Assembly (NCBI RefSeq): GCF_009914755.1
Contig: NC_060927.1
From: the human T2T-CHM13v2.0 reference genome, Homo sapiens
Strand: one strand, 5' to 3'
Length of the DNA stretch: 64,000 nucleotides
Shown here: positions 1 to 13,770 of the stretch, in pieces
How the letters are laid out: every line of letters starts with the position of its first letter
Numbering within the stretch: position 1 is the first letter of the stretch
Program-made: the position numbers and the translations under genes
The notes under the pieces: model-generated
The model's database searches: none
The model's input: only the letters and a program-made list of their open reading frames with translations
What the model was told of the DNA's origin: nothing

Positions 1-974
1 TTAACACTTTTATAATTTCTTATGCCTGTCTTTACTGCAATCTCTAAACATAAACTGTAAAGATTTCATGGACACTTATCACTTCCCCAGTCAATACCCT
101 TGTGATTTCCTATGCCTGTCTTTACTTTAGTCTCTTAATCCTGTCAGCTGAGGAGGATGTATGTCGCCTCAGGACCATGTGATAATTGGGTTAACTGCAC
201 AAATTGTACAGCATGTGTGTTTGAGCAATATGAAATCTGGGCACCTTGAAAAAAGAACAGGATAACAGCAATTGTTCAGGGAATAAGAGAGATAACCTTA
301 AACTCTGACTGCTGGTGAGCCAGACGGAACAGAGCCATATTTCTCTTCTTTCAAAAGCAAATGGGAGAAATATCGCTGAATTCTTTTTCTCAGCAAGGAA
401 CATCCCTGGGAAAGAGAATACACGCCTGGAGGTATAGGCCTATAAACAGCGCCCCCCCTCCGGGTGTGCCTGTCTCTTATGGTGGAGACTGCAGGGGTGA
501 AAGAGACCCCAGTCTCCCATAGCGCTCCCAGGCTTATTAGGAAGAGGAAATTCCCGCCTAATAATTTTGGTCAGACCGGTTGCTCTCAAAACCCTGTCTC
601 CTGATAAGATGTTATCAATAACGATGGTGCCTGAAACTTCATTAGCAATTTTAATTTCGCCCCGGTCCTGTGGTCCTGTGATCTCACCCTGCCTCCACTT
701 GCCTTGTGATATTCTATTACCTTGTAAAGTACTTGATGTCTGTGACCCATACCTATTTGCACACTCCCTCCCCTTTTGAAAATTCCTAATAAAAACTTGC
801 TGGTTTTTGAGGCTTGTGGGGCATCGCGGAACCTACCGACATGTGATGTCTCCCCCAGATGCCCAGCTTTAAAATTTCTCTCATTTGTACTCTGTCCCTT
901 TATTTCTCAAGCTGGCCGATGCTTAAGGAAAATAGAAAAGAACCTACGTGAATATCAGGGCAGATTCCCTGATA
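1..974 (+). mobile_element. MER11 (MER11B/C-like) LTR of HERV-K11/HML-8; about 100 bp of the 5' end lies outside the window
   Basis: Recalled MER11 consensus motifs: U3 tandem unit aagatttcatggacac...tatgcctgtctttact, gaggaggatgtatgtcgcctcaggac, poly(A) signal AATAAA at 788-793, and terminus gaacctacgtgaatatcagggcagattccctgata. Confidence 0.92.
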
Positions 975-984
975 TCTGGCCCCC

Positions 985-1140
985 ATTTATGTTTAGAGAT
1001 CGCAGTAAAGAGAGGCATAAGAAATTATAAAAGTATTAATTTGGGGAACTAATAAATGTCCATGAAATCTTCACAATCCATGTTCTTCTGCCATGGCTTC
1101 AGCCGGTCCCTCCGTTTGGGGTCTCTGACTTCCTGCAACA
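985..1140 (-). mobile_element. Inverted copy of the first ~155 bp (U3 end) of a MER11 LTR
   Basis: Reverse complement reads tgttgcaggaagtcagagaccccaaacggagggaccggctgaagccatggcagaagaac..., the MER11 start. Its inner part matches window bases 1-55 with about 4 mismatches. Confidence 0.92.
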
Positions 1141-4100
1141 CAGAGTCCAATAGCAAAGGATGTTGTTGATGGGAGCATTCTTATTTTAGGCCACAAGGTA
1201 AATGAGACCCCAATTATGTGGCTGTAGAATTTTTTTCTCTGTAAATTTGAAACATTTCATCACCCATTCAATAAGCATTTATTTAACAATGTCCATGTAC
1301 TAATCACATAGATAGTGAATCTCATGGCAAGAATAATAAGTAGACCTCAACTCTTGAGACAAAATCAATTATCACCAACTCATTTCTAGTGCTTGTGTTA
1401 AGGAGGATTCTGAGGAGCTATTTGAACTCAGAATAAAAAAAATGATTATGTATGATTTTCACTGACCATATTGAGTATAGGAATGGTAACACTGTGTTAG
1501 TTACATGGCATTTCTATGTAGTAGACTGTTCTTCTAGCTCCAATATTCCCTACAGAGTCTGTCTTCTCTGTTTCTGTTTAAATGTTTGCCTGAAGTTGTA
1601 CAAAAGGAGAGACTGTTTCTGTGTAATTGCTTCTCCTTTTTTTCCAACACAGAGAGAAGAAACGGAAGAATCATCCATGGAGTTAAGGTGAAAGCAGCAC
1701 AAATAGAGGAAAGTTTTAAAAAAATTGTTCACTAGGGAGGTATTTCCTGAATAGAACTTCCTAACTGCAGCTACAGACCATGTTAAAAGTGATTGATTTG
1801 CCTTAGCTACTGGCACAAAATATGGAGAGCATTTCAAAAAGGTTCTTTATAGTAAAACTTTGTTTTTCCTCTATGACTTATAATAGTGATTTATTGAGAA
1901 AATTCACCGTTTTCCAATGATAGATGCAGTCCAATCTTCCAGTTTATAACATTTTCTGAGTAACTTTATCAAATCAAGGAGTCTTTCTTCATCAAAATGA
2001 AATCACAGATATACATTAAATATGTGTTTAAGCTGGAAAGGAAAGAAAATCAAAATGATTCTCTTATTTCCCTGTTGAAAAGGCTTTTGTAATCAGTACA
2101 AGTCTTTGAATGGCGGTTCCTTTAATCATTTGGTTGGTATAAAACCATAAGTGACATGCCCTCGAAATCATGAAAAGAAGCCAGGAAGTCAATATTAAGT
2201 TCACTGTAAGAATATGATGAATTTGCACTATTGTCTGGTCTCATTATATTCTTTGTCACAAAAATGAGTTATCACAGAATTATAATGTCTAGTGTGTTCT
2301 TCTTTATAATACATTCTTATGCACATGACAAGAATTACGACAAGAGGAGAAAATGGACAAAATTAATCCACCCTCATGACAGAAAATACTGCTTCAAATT
2401 AACTTGTGACAGGCAAGTATTTTGGGGAAGGCATTTATTGATGGCATCTGTCTTATCAGTCTACCTACATCAGTTCTTTATGTGCCTCATCAAGGATCTA
2501 TCACAAGTAGAACCCTGGGAAAAACATCTTCTGAAGATAGTTAGATGTAAAAGAGAGAAACAAGGGTCATATTGTACATGATCTTTGGAGGAAATCCTTA
2601 ACTAAATCAATAACTTGGATTTTACAGCACTACTTTTGAACAAATTCCAGCATACTTTGTTCCTTCGTGAGAAATTGGTACCTCTGGTTTTGGCAACATA
2701 AACACAATTACAGATTTTATTTTAGGAATAAAAAAAAAGGATAGAAACATTTCAACAATAAATTAGTTTGCACCTAATATCTTTGTTTTCCACTTTGGAT
2801 CTAGCTGTAACCAATGTAGACATTCCTGTGATAATAGATATCATGCATATTGTTTAACCAAATTGAATTAGCTGAAGGTAAAAATTCAATGTAGTAACTC
2901 TACGTAAGAGGGAAATGATGTTGAGGATCTATGACAATAGGTGTATATAATTCATATTTGTTAATATATAAATAACTCTTACCAAGGTAGGCTAGAATGA
3001 ATGATACAGAGATTTCAAAAGAAAAAGGGGCAGTGGTGTGTAATGAAGCAGAGAGATCACCAACATAGACCAACTGGTTATTTTAAAAGAGCTTGGGTAG
3101 TATTTACTCTGGGATTTTACCAAGGACCAGGGCCTGGCCCACAGCACTGTAAATTTGGAAACTCATTCATGCTTACTGTACAAGAAAGTTGTTGGAGACT
3201 TACATGTCAAACCAGGAGACTGTTTGGGTTTTTTTTTCTTTGTTTTGCTGCTAATGATCACTGTATTTAACCAATTCATTTTCATGACCCATAAAAGAAG
3301 ATAATATATAAATTTTGTGTTGAAAAATATACCCAGAAAGTTAAATAGAGAAAATTTTCCTCATCATGGAGAAGAATAATCTATTACTGCATTTCTGTGT
3401 CAGGGAGGTAACTTCTCTAAGGGAGTGTGACAACTTCCCTATCATGCCCCCATTAACTCTCATTTGCATATGGATCTCTAAGTTAGATGATAAATGAGAA
3501 AAGACACACATGGAGCTAATCAGATCCCCAGTGATTACACAACTGCAGACACAGCAGAACGCAAATACCTCAAGTGGGGTTTTCGTTGACTGATGCCTAA
3601 AATATCTTTGCTGGTCTTCCTTAGTCAAAAAATGTAATTTAATATGGTATTGTACTTTCATTCTAGACTACAGACCCATTTGATTTTCTTCCATGGTGAA
3701 CACAAGCACCATTTAGCTCAAGTGCCATTTGTATAGGAAGGTATGAAAGAGGCATGACAAATTTATACAAGCAGTAAATGCTAGATTTTGAAAGTATACA
3801 AGTTGTGGTTAAAATCTTGGTTTCAGGAGTTATTCCAATGTTGTTAAAGCACACAAATAAGGAATCCACTTTTCCAGGTAGATTTAACTGATGGGCATTT
3901 ACCATTATAATTACCTGTTTGTTATGGGCAACACACACTAATTACCTGACCTCAATTTAGAATGAAAGTTTGGGGACTGCTATCATTATTCTGAAGGCTC
4001 TTGTCTATGCCTCCTCTTTTTTGAGTAAAAAACTGTAATGAACTAGCCAAACCAAATTGAGTGTAAGTGCTCTGGGAATTGCTTAATATTTTTAACCAGT

Positions 4101-5439
4101 AGAACAATATATCTTCTAAAGAACCTGGCATATTCATTGTAAACAATTAAATTTTGGAGACTGACTTATTACAGAGGCATATGCTCTGTTAAAATAATTT
4201 AAGAATACTTTTCACAGTAAAACGAAAGAACAACATATTGTAAATATGCAACTCACTTGTCCACATCATTGTCTTGGTACGTTATGAGAAATTCAGCAAT
4301 ATTTCATCACTGAAAATGAATAAAGCAGGCCACAGTAGTTATTTCAAATACTGTGAACATAATGAAGCCCATTTTAGCAATTCTACACCAAGGAAAATTA
4401 ATTCCAAGTTAGAAAGTTAGGTAGGTTTGACTTTTTTTAAATTTCATAAGCCTTCCATGATGAAACACTGTGTCTAAGGGGGAAAAATAAATGATTTAAT
4501 TAAATCCCTAAATTGTAATTCTCTTACAACTACACAAATGTTGACCTTCTTCATCATGCCTTTACTTCTGCATACCTGGGTTACTCAGCTAAAGAAATAC
4601 GGTAGACTATCACTATTAATTATTATACCTCTAGACTTTTCTATTTGCTAATCTTTTACATGTCTTGAAACATTCTGGGCTATTATGCCATTGGCAATGA
4701 CTTTTTAATAGAGTATAAGTAAATCATTTTCATATTGCTGTTGTCTCTAAAATTATTCTGTTTCAAATTTTTGGCTGAAGCTAGCAGGGCATATTCTCTT
4801 CATTTTGGTATAACACATGTCAGCTACATGTCAGCTAATGACTCCTCCTCCCCCTCCCCACCCACTCGCTGCCCTGCAACATCTCTTTAAACTTGTCCTG
4901 AACTCTGAACCCAATTCCATGGGTTGAGCCATGAATGCGTGCTTTCTTCCCTAAGCATCTCTATGCCTCACAGCCTCCCACAGACATCTCTAATTGTCCT
5001 GGGATGCTCTGGATGAAAAACCAAGATTCTTTACAAGTTTCCATGAGAAAGTCACTCACCTTAGTTATTCAGAACTGGTTAGACTTGACTAGGGTTTTGT
5101 AGCTCATTGTCCTCTGCTACCTCCTGGTTCTACCTATCTCTATTTTCCATCATCTCTAATTTCTTTCTCCTCCTCGGGAGCAACAAGCAAAATTCCCCCT
5201 CTTAACCAACAGTTTAGTTCCACCCAAACCTAGATTAGTCACCCAAACCTTTAGTTCTCAGGTCTCAGCGCCTATCCTGAGCAATTATCAAATCATGTTA
5301 CCAAAAACTCCTGAGTTCTTCCCTCTTAAAAGGAATCCTAATGAGGGATAATCTATTAACTTTCTATCACCCACAACTCCTGCACACAGATTTTTCTTAA
5401 ACATCTATTAAATGAACATTTTGTTTAACACTTGGGTGC

Positions 5440-5590
5440 TGGCATAAAGCTGCAGAGTTTATAGAGTAAAATAGCCCTGATATCAATTTCCTGTTATACT
5501 TGCTGTGTAACCTAGACCAATAATAAAGCTCTCAGGCTCTCAGTTTTTTCATCCAGAAAATGGTAACAATAAAGTGTAGTTGGATTAAAG
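5440..5590 (+). mobile_element. MIR SINE fragment
   Basis: Core motif acttgctgtgtaacctagac...ctctcaggctctcagttttttcatccagaaaatgg. Confidence 0.65.
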
Positions 5591-5721
5591 CAGAAATCAA
5601 CTATGACAGAGAAAGTAAAAGAATAACAGACAGATAAGTTTCAAGTCATGCAATACAGTTGTTGAACTTATGTCCACAGGCAATGGTATAAAATCTAGGC
5701 ATAACCCATTGATGCATGTTG

Positions 5722-6095
<374 letters not shown>

Positions 6096-6454
6096 TCAAT
6101 ATTCTCAAGAAAAGCAATGAGAAATTAATAGTCACTTAGAAACATTAACAAAGGGAGAGTATGGAGAACTGATAAAAATCCTCTCTGGATAATGATTATG
6201 ACAACCAGAGTCTGGTCTGCTTGGTGAAACCCTTTTTTTTTTTTAATTTGTTGAAGTATCGCTAACAGGGAAATACTCAGTGATTTAGTTTCTGAATGTG
6301 ATTTCTATTGAATTATATACAAAAATTATATTATAAATATTACACATATATTATTTGTATTACTCAAAGATTCATCATAGGATTTGTTTAACTATATTAG
6401 GTCTATTTATATGAGGTTTTGTTTATATACAAATTTCCAGGAGTACATCTAAAA

Positions 6455-6600
6455 AGTCATAGAGCTAGAAAAATGCATGATGTCTTCTAGTCTCTTTCCT
6501 TCATTTCCCAGAAAATTGAGATATACGATAGTTACATTGCACTGCCCTAGGGTTAATAATAATCCAAGACTCTGGATTGCTAGACTAGGACATCTGTGAT
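6455..6600 (-). mobile_element. MIR (MIRc/MIR3-like) fragment
   Basis: gtcatagagctagaa...tctagtctc...ccttcatttcccagaaaattgag resembles the reverse MIR core. Confidence 0.5.
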
Positions 6601-6619
6601 TCCTTTTCATCTCTTCCAT

Positions 6620-6803
6620 TAGTGATCCTCACTCAACACTAGCTGCACATTACGATCAACTGGGGAATACGTTTTAAAGAGCCATGGCCACATGTCACCC
6701 TAGAGATTATAATTGAATTGGTCTGGGGTGGGCTCTGTCATCTATGTTTGCTTTAAAGCTCCTCAAATGATATTAATATATAGCCAGAATTGAGAACCCA
6801 CTG
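6620..6803. mobile_element. MER5B (hAT-Charlie non-autonomous DNA transposon)
   Basis: agtg...gctgcacattacgatcaactgggga...aattggtctggggtggg...gccagaattgagaacccactg follows the recalled MER5B consensus, with TIR remnants. Confidence 0.8.
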
Positions 6804-7890
6804 TTTCTTCTTGTATGTTGAGATGGGCTTCTTGTTTTTGTTTGTCATGGTGGGATCATATGTTGTAGTGGGCCCTAACTCCATGGAACTGGAGGTAGGC
6901 AGCAGAGAGGAATGAACATACATGCTGATAAAGTTTACCCTGTGCCCTTGGAGAGCATACTCAAACTCTGACTCCTGATGGACTGGTTCTCAGACCATGC
7001 TGCCCCTGAGCTCCACCTAAATGCCACATCACTAAAATCAGGCGCTTCATTTCTTTGCTTAATTCAGAGAACAGTGTTAAGACAGTAGAATAGATTTTTT
7101 TTCAATTTGGAATTTTCCCCCTAGAATTATATTCCTAAAATTTTGACAGATGTTAGAGATCGTCTGCGCTAAAATGTACTACTAGATTCTACTTGATTAA
7201 GCACAAAATTTTATATTTTTTCCTTTATATTAGTATATCAATATTTTATTTTGCTTATTACCCAATGAGCACCATAAATCTCAGATGTTTCATCACCTAA
7301 ACAAAGTGAGAACTACTGTCCTGATTCCTTAATTTCTACCCCTTCTTGATTTTAGTTTCCAAACCCAGAAACTTTATAGTCCTTTTGATTAAACCACCCT
7401 GAAAATAGTAGATACTGAAAAAAGATTTATTGCATTGAATTTATGTCATCTGTTCTAGTTTTATAATAATCTGTTGTTAAAATATTTCAATTTTTTCTAT
7501 TCACAATTTTCTCAGCTTTGCCTCATTTGCTTCATCTTCTCTCTAAAAACCCTAGTTTAGTAAAGATTTTAAAAATAAATTGGAGTAACTAGATAGAAAA
7601 GCATGTACAAAGCTCTGGAGTTAAAAGTAGAAAATGGCCAGTTTGGTGAACAAAAAGCAGAAATTAAATACACAGCACGAATATAGAAGAAGGCTGTGAG
7701 AACTAAGATCTGATAACTTCCTGCATCCTCTCAGTGCTTCTATCTTCTTAATTAGATTGTCCAATCCTAAACGTTGCCTGGACTGTCTCCACAACCACTG
7801 AATTTGTCTATAGGGTCCTTATCTGCACCAGCTTCCAGGTTACAATTCCGAAAATGCCACTTATAATTTTTTGTTCAAAAAATTACATAA

Positions 7891-8232
<342 letters not shown>

Positions 8233-8299
8233 TTAAAGTTCTACAATCTATTTGCAATTTACCTTTTGACCCTTTACATTCACTGGCGAAGAGAATAAG

Positions 8300-8990
8300 A
8301 CCAAAGTCCTTGGGTAGTAAGTAGCAGTAAATTGATCCAGGGAGAGGCTGACCCAAGTTAGATCAATCAGACCCTTTCAGGATATTTGGACTTGTGACCC
8401 CAAAAGCCAAGTTGGTTGGTTGTTGGCCCTATTTCCCATCGTGAAGGGTATATTTAGAGCTGGAATGAAGAATGATACCCACACAGAGAGAAGAACAAAA
8501 ATAAGAGACAGAGTTTTGAAGTTAGTTAAGCCCAGGCAGTCACATATTTATGTAGCCTAACTGCTCTGTGTTTCTTCCCTCAGTATTGTTGTTCTCTGTT
8601 CAGTCTATTTTGAATAAATATCATTTTTTGCTTAAGCCAAGACCGTTTGAAATTTTGCCACTTGAAATCCAAACAATCCTAACTCATACATACGCTCTCG
8701 GGCGCGAGATGTTGCAAGTGACAGATCCACTAGAATCCTGGTAAAATTGAGGAACAGTGAGACTCCCAAGATCCCAAAGTGAGCAGATGGCAGTCCTTGT
8801 TACATAGCAGCAAAGCAGTTGGTTAAACTATCATTGATTGTCTTTTGGATGCAGACTACGTGCTCATAAAAGTTAGAGCAAATGAGGACAAGAGATCCAA
8901 ATTAAAGGAGACAGGGGAATGTTGGCTAACTCTTAGAAACTTATGTATAGTACTAAGAAAGAAAGAAAGCCGCTGTAAGTCCACTTGAAA
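8300..8990 (+). mobile_element. Old MaLR LTR (MLT1J/K/L-like, ending ~8689) followed by the start of MaLR internal sequence
   Basis: LTR 3' end aataaatatcattttttgcttaagcc...ccacttgaaatccaaacaatcctaactcataca, then MaLR-int-like tccttgttacatagcagcaaagcagttggttaaact. Confidence 0.65.
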
Positions 8991-9019
8991 GCAATCAAGA
9001 ATAATGGGAGGCAGGCTGA

Positions 9020-9310
9020 GGCCAGGCACAGTGGCTCACGCGTATAATCTCAACACTTTGAGAGGCCAGGGCAACAGGAAAGCTTGAGCCCAGGAGTTCA
9101 AACCAGACTGGGAAACATAGCAAAACCCCATCTCTATCAAAAAAAAAAATTAGCTGGGCATGATAGCACATGCCTGTAGTCCCAGCTACTCAGCAGACTG
9201 AGGTGGGAGGATCGCCACCTTGTCACTCCCACCTTGTCCTGCAGGGAGCTGTGTTTGTGCGATTGCACTCCACCCTGGACAATAGAATGAGACCTTGTCC
9301 TAAAAAAAGA
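9020..9310 (+). mobile_element. AluJ with a local replacement in the right arm
   Basis: gcttgagcccaggagttc and gaggtgggaggatcgc J-type motifs; TSD aagaataatgggagg (8997-9011) / aagaataataggagg (9311-9325). Confidence 0.92.
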
Positions 9311-10383
9311 AAGAATAATAGGAGGAATATAAGTTTGTTAAGAGAAATGCTTTCTATCTATATTTTTGAGATCAATAAAGACAGATAAGAACATATTTTT
9401 GTGAATAATAGAAGAAAACACTTTATCATGCCCTTAAGGTGGAGGCCAATTACAACTGTGAATACTAGAAATGGGAGTAAAGAGAGCTGAAAAGAGCCAG
9501 ATTACAAGAAGCCTGATCCTGCCTGTGTCTCCAAGTACCTTACCCTGTGTAACTTGTATCTGTCAAAGCAAACAATGCTTCTGACTGGAACTCAGTTTAG
9601 GATCGGGGTAAACTTTCTAGGACATTATAAGCCTGCCCAGCCTCCTTCCTTTTGTGTCCAATCATGTTTCATTAGATTGTTACTTGCAGGAAAAGAATTC
9701 TCAGGCACTGTGCTGAAGAAACAGAAGCTCAAGGACCCAGGTACAAAGAGCATGGGTTTGACCTTCAGGGATAGATGGGATTTCAGCAGACAGAAAGAGG
9801 ACCTTAAAGAAGGACCATCTAAGCAAAGGGCAGAAGAAAACACTCCACATTCTGTAACAGGAAGAGGGAGTCTAATGTGAACGAACAAGGTATACACACG
9901 TAGGAGAGCAAAGGAAAGTAAGGTAGTCAATGACATCTGGGCCATCCAGAACTCTTCAGAGGTCTCTTTCATTTACTTCTGGCTTCTTAGCATCCCTTCT
10001 TGCAAGTAGAGTTAACAGAACACTGACCGCTAGATATCAAGTGGAGTCTTGCTATAATTCCTCTTACTTCTGAAATAGCACACCACCTGGTTTCACTTAA
10101 AATAAATCCCCGGATCCTTAATGGTAAAACATATTTGCCAAGAACTTGTCACATATTATTTCTTAAACATAATAATATATAAACGTAGAAATATAGTTGT
10201 CACTATCTCTCCTACTACCCACTTTTCCCAACACTAGCAAACACAAACACAAAAAAGAGTTTATTTAGATTAATTTTTAATAAAATAAGAAAAGATATTT
10301 TACTTAGAAAAATATTTTTAAAGGAATATATTGACCTTGCTCAACAAACAAGAGTTAACAGTATACTGAATATATGTATATAG

Positions 10384-10556
10384 CTATGCTGGTTCTATAT
10401 GGTAGCCACTAATCATATGTGGTTATTTAAATTTAAATAAAAATTTAGTTTCTCAGGTACACTAACCATATTCCAAGTGCCCAATTGCCACATATGGCTA
10501 CTGGCTAATATATAGAATATTTCCATTATCAAAAATGTTCTATTAAACAGCATTGG
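10384..10556 (-). mobile_element. MER3 (hAT-Charlie)
   Basis: atatggtagccactaatcatatgtgg...gccacatatggctactggcta...gttctattaaacagcattg, with the internal inverted repeats typical of MER3. Confidence 0.8.
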
Positions 10557-12107
10557 CTAGCACATTCATTATTTAGAGTGATCCACTCCAACTGTAAGGC
10601 TCAGCAAAGTGGTTTTTATCTTGAGCTATAAGCAATTAGGCTCACCCAGGTTATGAGAGGTATAGGAAGAAACATTTTTAGAAAACAATAAAGCTATGGG
10701 GAAAAAGTTGTAAAAGAACAATGAAATTGACACTAAAAATAGCTAAACAAGGTCAAGACATAAATGATGCTGTTTTGATAATATTTCAGTGGTGTTTTCA
10801 ACTTCCCTCTAGGTCTCTTATCAGCTGGGATCTTTTCAAGTTTGGCTGTTGTTCTGAAACCCCCTTCAGTATTCCTTTCTGTGTTTTTGTCATTGAAAAG
10901 AAATAAAAGCATCAGGAGAGAGTGTGTCCAATAGTCATAAAGAGGCTTGAACAGAAAATCAAATCCAACAATGAGCAATTATTTCTTCTTTCCAATTCCT
11001 AAACAAAACACAAAACAACCATAGCAAACCCCCCAAGCATCCATGTGTGAAGTGGTAGAAAGAGGGAGAGGTATGACCACCCGACAGCCAGGCACACAGT
11101 GCACATTCACGGCACCTCCGAGTACGAAGCAGGCATTTTATTTCTGCCCTTATAAAATGGCTGTTTTCTTTGAGCAGAAAATGTTCTCGAATTTTCTGTG
11201 AAATTTGGAACCCATATCAAGGATAGAAACTGAAAACACTTGAACAGCAATTATTTGATTTTTATTCTTTGTTTCCTTCCTGACTGTAGTATCCCTTACG
11301 TTTCTCTACCTGGTGTGACTGGGATCTGAACATTACATCCCTTTTTAACATTTTTATAGGTTTAAATAAAAAGACAAAGTAAAACAAGTTCTTTGAGGAA
11401 TAATACCCACATCCACATGCACAATCACTTGCTCTCCCCAGGAGCTATGCCTTTGGTTTTGCTTAACCTCAACTTTTTAATATGATAGTACAACCAAGAG
11501 ATTGCAACATCATCATGTATTTGATTAAAGATGCAGCCCTTTATAGCACATTTCCAGTAAGATAAAATATTCAGTAGCATGATTTCTAGACAATAAATTT
11601 TCCACAGTATGACTTATAGCTGGCTCATCAGCCACAAAAGCTGAATAATAATCAAAGTTAACCTCCATATTTCTAAAAGGAAGGCACTGGTGTTTCCAAT
11701 CTTAATTCTTAGTCTGACATTGGTTAAAGAGGTGCTAATATCCCACATTTTACAGTGCCATCAATATTGCAAATAAATGCATAACACAATGAAAATATTT
11801 ATGTGTGGTACTATCCAGAAAGATATAGTTAGGAAAAATATGGTAAAGTATAAGTAACCTTGACATATTAGGCTTCATTGAAATACTTCCCAGGCCTTGC
11901 CCAGAAACATAAATAATTTACAGAGCCCAGCACCAAATACAAATGAAGAACATTTGTTATTAATCTATCCCTCTTTTGTGGGCCAGGGTATTGTTCCTTC
12001 ATAATGAAACTCATTGTGAACCACTTTGTGTAGCTCCCCTGTGCCATTACCGGCAAGTTATAAAATACCTACTTTATCTTTATGCAACTAATCACACTTA
12101 GGAATGG

Positions 12108-12142
12108 GTGTTTGTTTGTTTGTTTGTTTGCTTGCTTGCTTG
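12108..12142 (+). repeat. (TTTG)n(CTTG)n compound microsatellite
   Basis: tgtttgtttgtttgtttgtttgcttgcttgcttg seen directly. Confidence 0.9.
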
Positions 12143-12884
12143 TAAGCAGTCTACAAGGCTCTTTAAAACTTAGTCATCATCACATCAAACATGAAAAATT
12201 AGTGTTTGAAGAGTTAATGTCCTTTGGGATCTCTTAATACAGACTAAACAAACCATTAGTGAAATATGTAGTTATATGACAAATATCCTTTACCAAAGGG
12301 TGGGAATTATTCACATGAGTGAAAAGTTAAATTCCATTTTCAAAGTTAAGGAGACACAGTTTACCCTTTAAGAAAGTAACTGAGAAAATGGATGGATAAA
12401 ACAGAAACCAATGAACTTGGACCTTATCCTAAAGACCTCTCATTAAAAACCAAAATACTCTATTGAACTGAGTCAACTTATAAAAAGAAGGAAATGAATA
12501 GTATGACCTGGCTGACATCTGAAAAGGCAGTTGATTCGTTCCATTTTAAAATAATAGCTGACTTCCAATTTGTTTAATTTGTAACTATTAGTGTAACTGA
12601 ACTTTTCTTATCCTTCAATCTTCTGTTTTTAAAAATCCAGAGTAAATTTTGATTATCTTCAGTTAAGTGGGAAAAAAGGCAGAGAATAAAAAGAATAGGA
12701 TGAAAAAGACTAAATGAAAGAGAGATAATATGCAAAACTTGAGAAATGAAGCTGACAGGGAGACAAAGTTGAAAAATCATGTGATATAACACGTGAGCTC
12801 ATCTATGCAAAGAATCAATGAGGGAAACAGAAGAGAGATAATTATCATTTTTAGCTACTGCTTAGGATATTGCAATGAAGTAAA

Positions 12885-13362
<478 letters not shown>

Positions 13363-13409
13363 TTCATCCCCACTTGATGACTGGGGAAACCTGACTTGTC
13401 TTCTTACAG

Positions 13410-13610
13410 TGCTATGTAAAAATTTCTTTGGGGCCTATTCCTAGAAGTGAAATTACTAGGTTATTGTGGAGTTTAAAAAAATATTTAACCTGACTAAGTA
13501 TGGCCAGTTCACTCTCCAGGTTGGTTTGCACCAGTCTCCATACCCATAAACAGTATGCAAGTGTCCCTATTCCCCACATCCTGCTAAATGTATTTGACTT
13601 ACTTAACCTG
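13410..13610 (-). mobile_element. L1M (L1ME-like) ORF2 3' fragment
   Basis: cctagaagtgaaattactagg...ggtttgcaccagtctccatacccataaacagtatgcaagtgtccctattccccacatcctgc is typical reverse L1. Confidence 0.8.
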
Positions 13611-13639
13611 AACAATAACTCTAGTGAAAAACACACTAT

Positions 13640-13770
13640 TCTTCTCTCCAATGTATGAAGGAGAAAATTAGAGCATAAAGAACTGAACAACCTGCCCAAC
13701 GTCACTTAGTTTGTAATGGTGGAGACAGTCAAACCCAAGAGGTCTGTTTCCAAAGCCTTCTTTTACTGCT
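13640..13770 (-). mobile_element. MIR fragment
   Basis: aacaacctgcccaacgtcacttagtttgtaatggtggagac...caaaccca...ggtctgtttccaaagcc. Confidence 0.7.

Noticed and set aside
445-464. CTCF-like motif in the MER11 LTR (reverse ccggaggggggcgc)
   Set aside because: Two mismatches at core positions; not supportable without ChIP data.
191-1030. Three short ORFs at the start of the window
   Set aside because: All lie within the MER11 LTR and do not resemble gag, pol or env.
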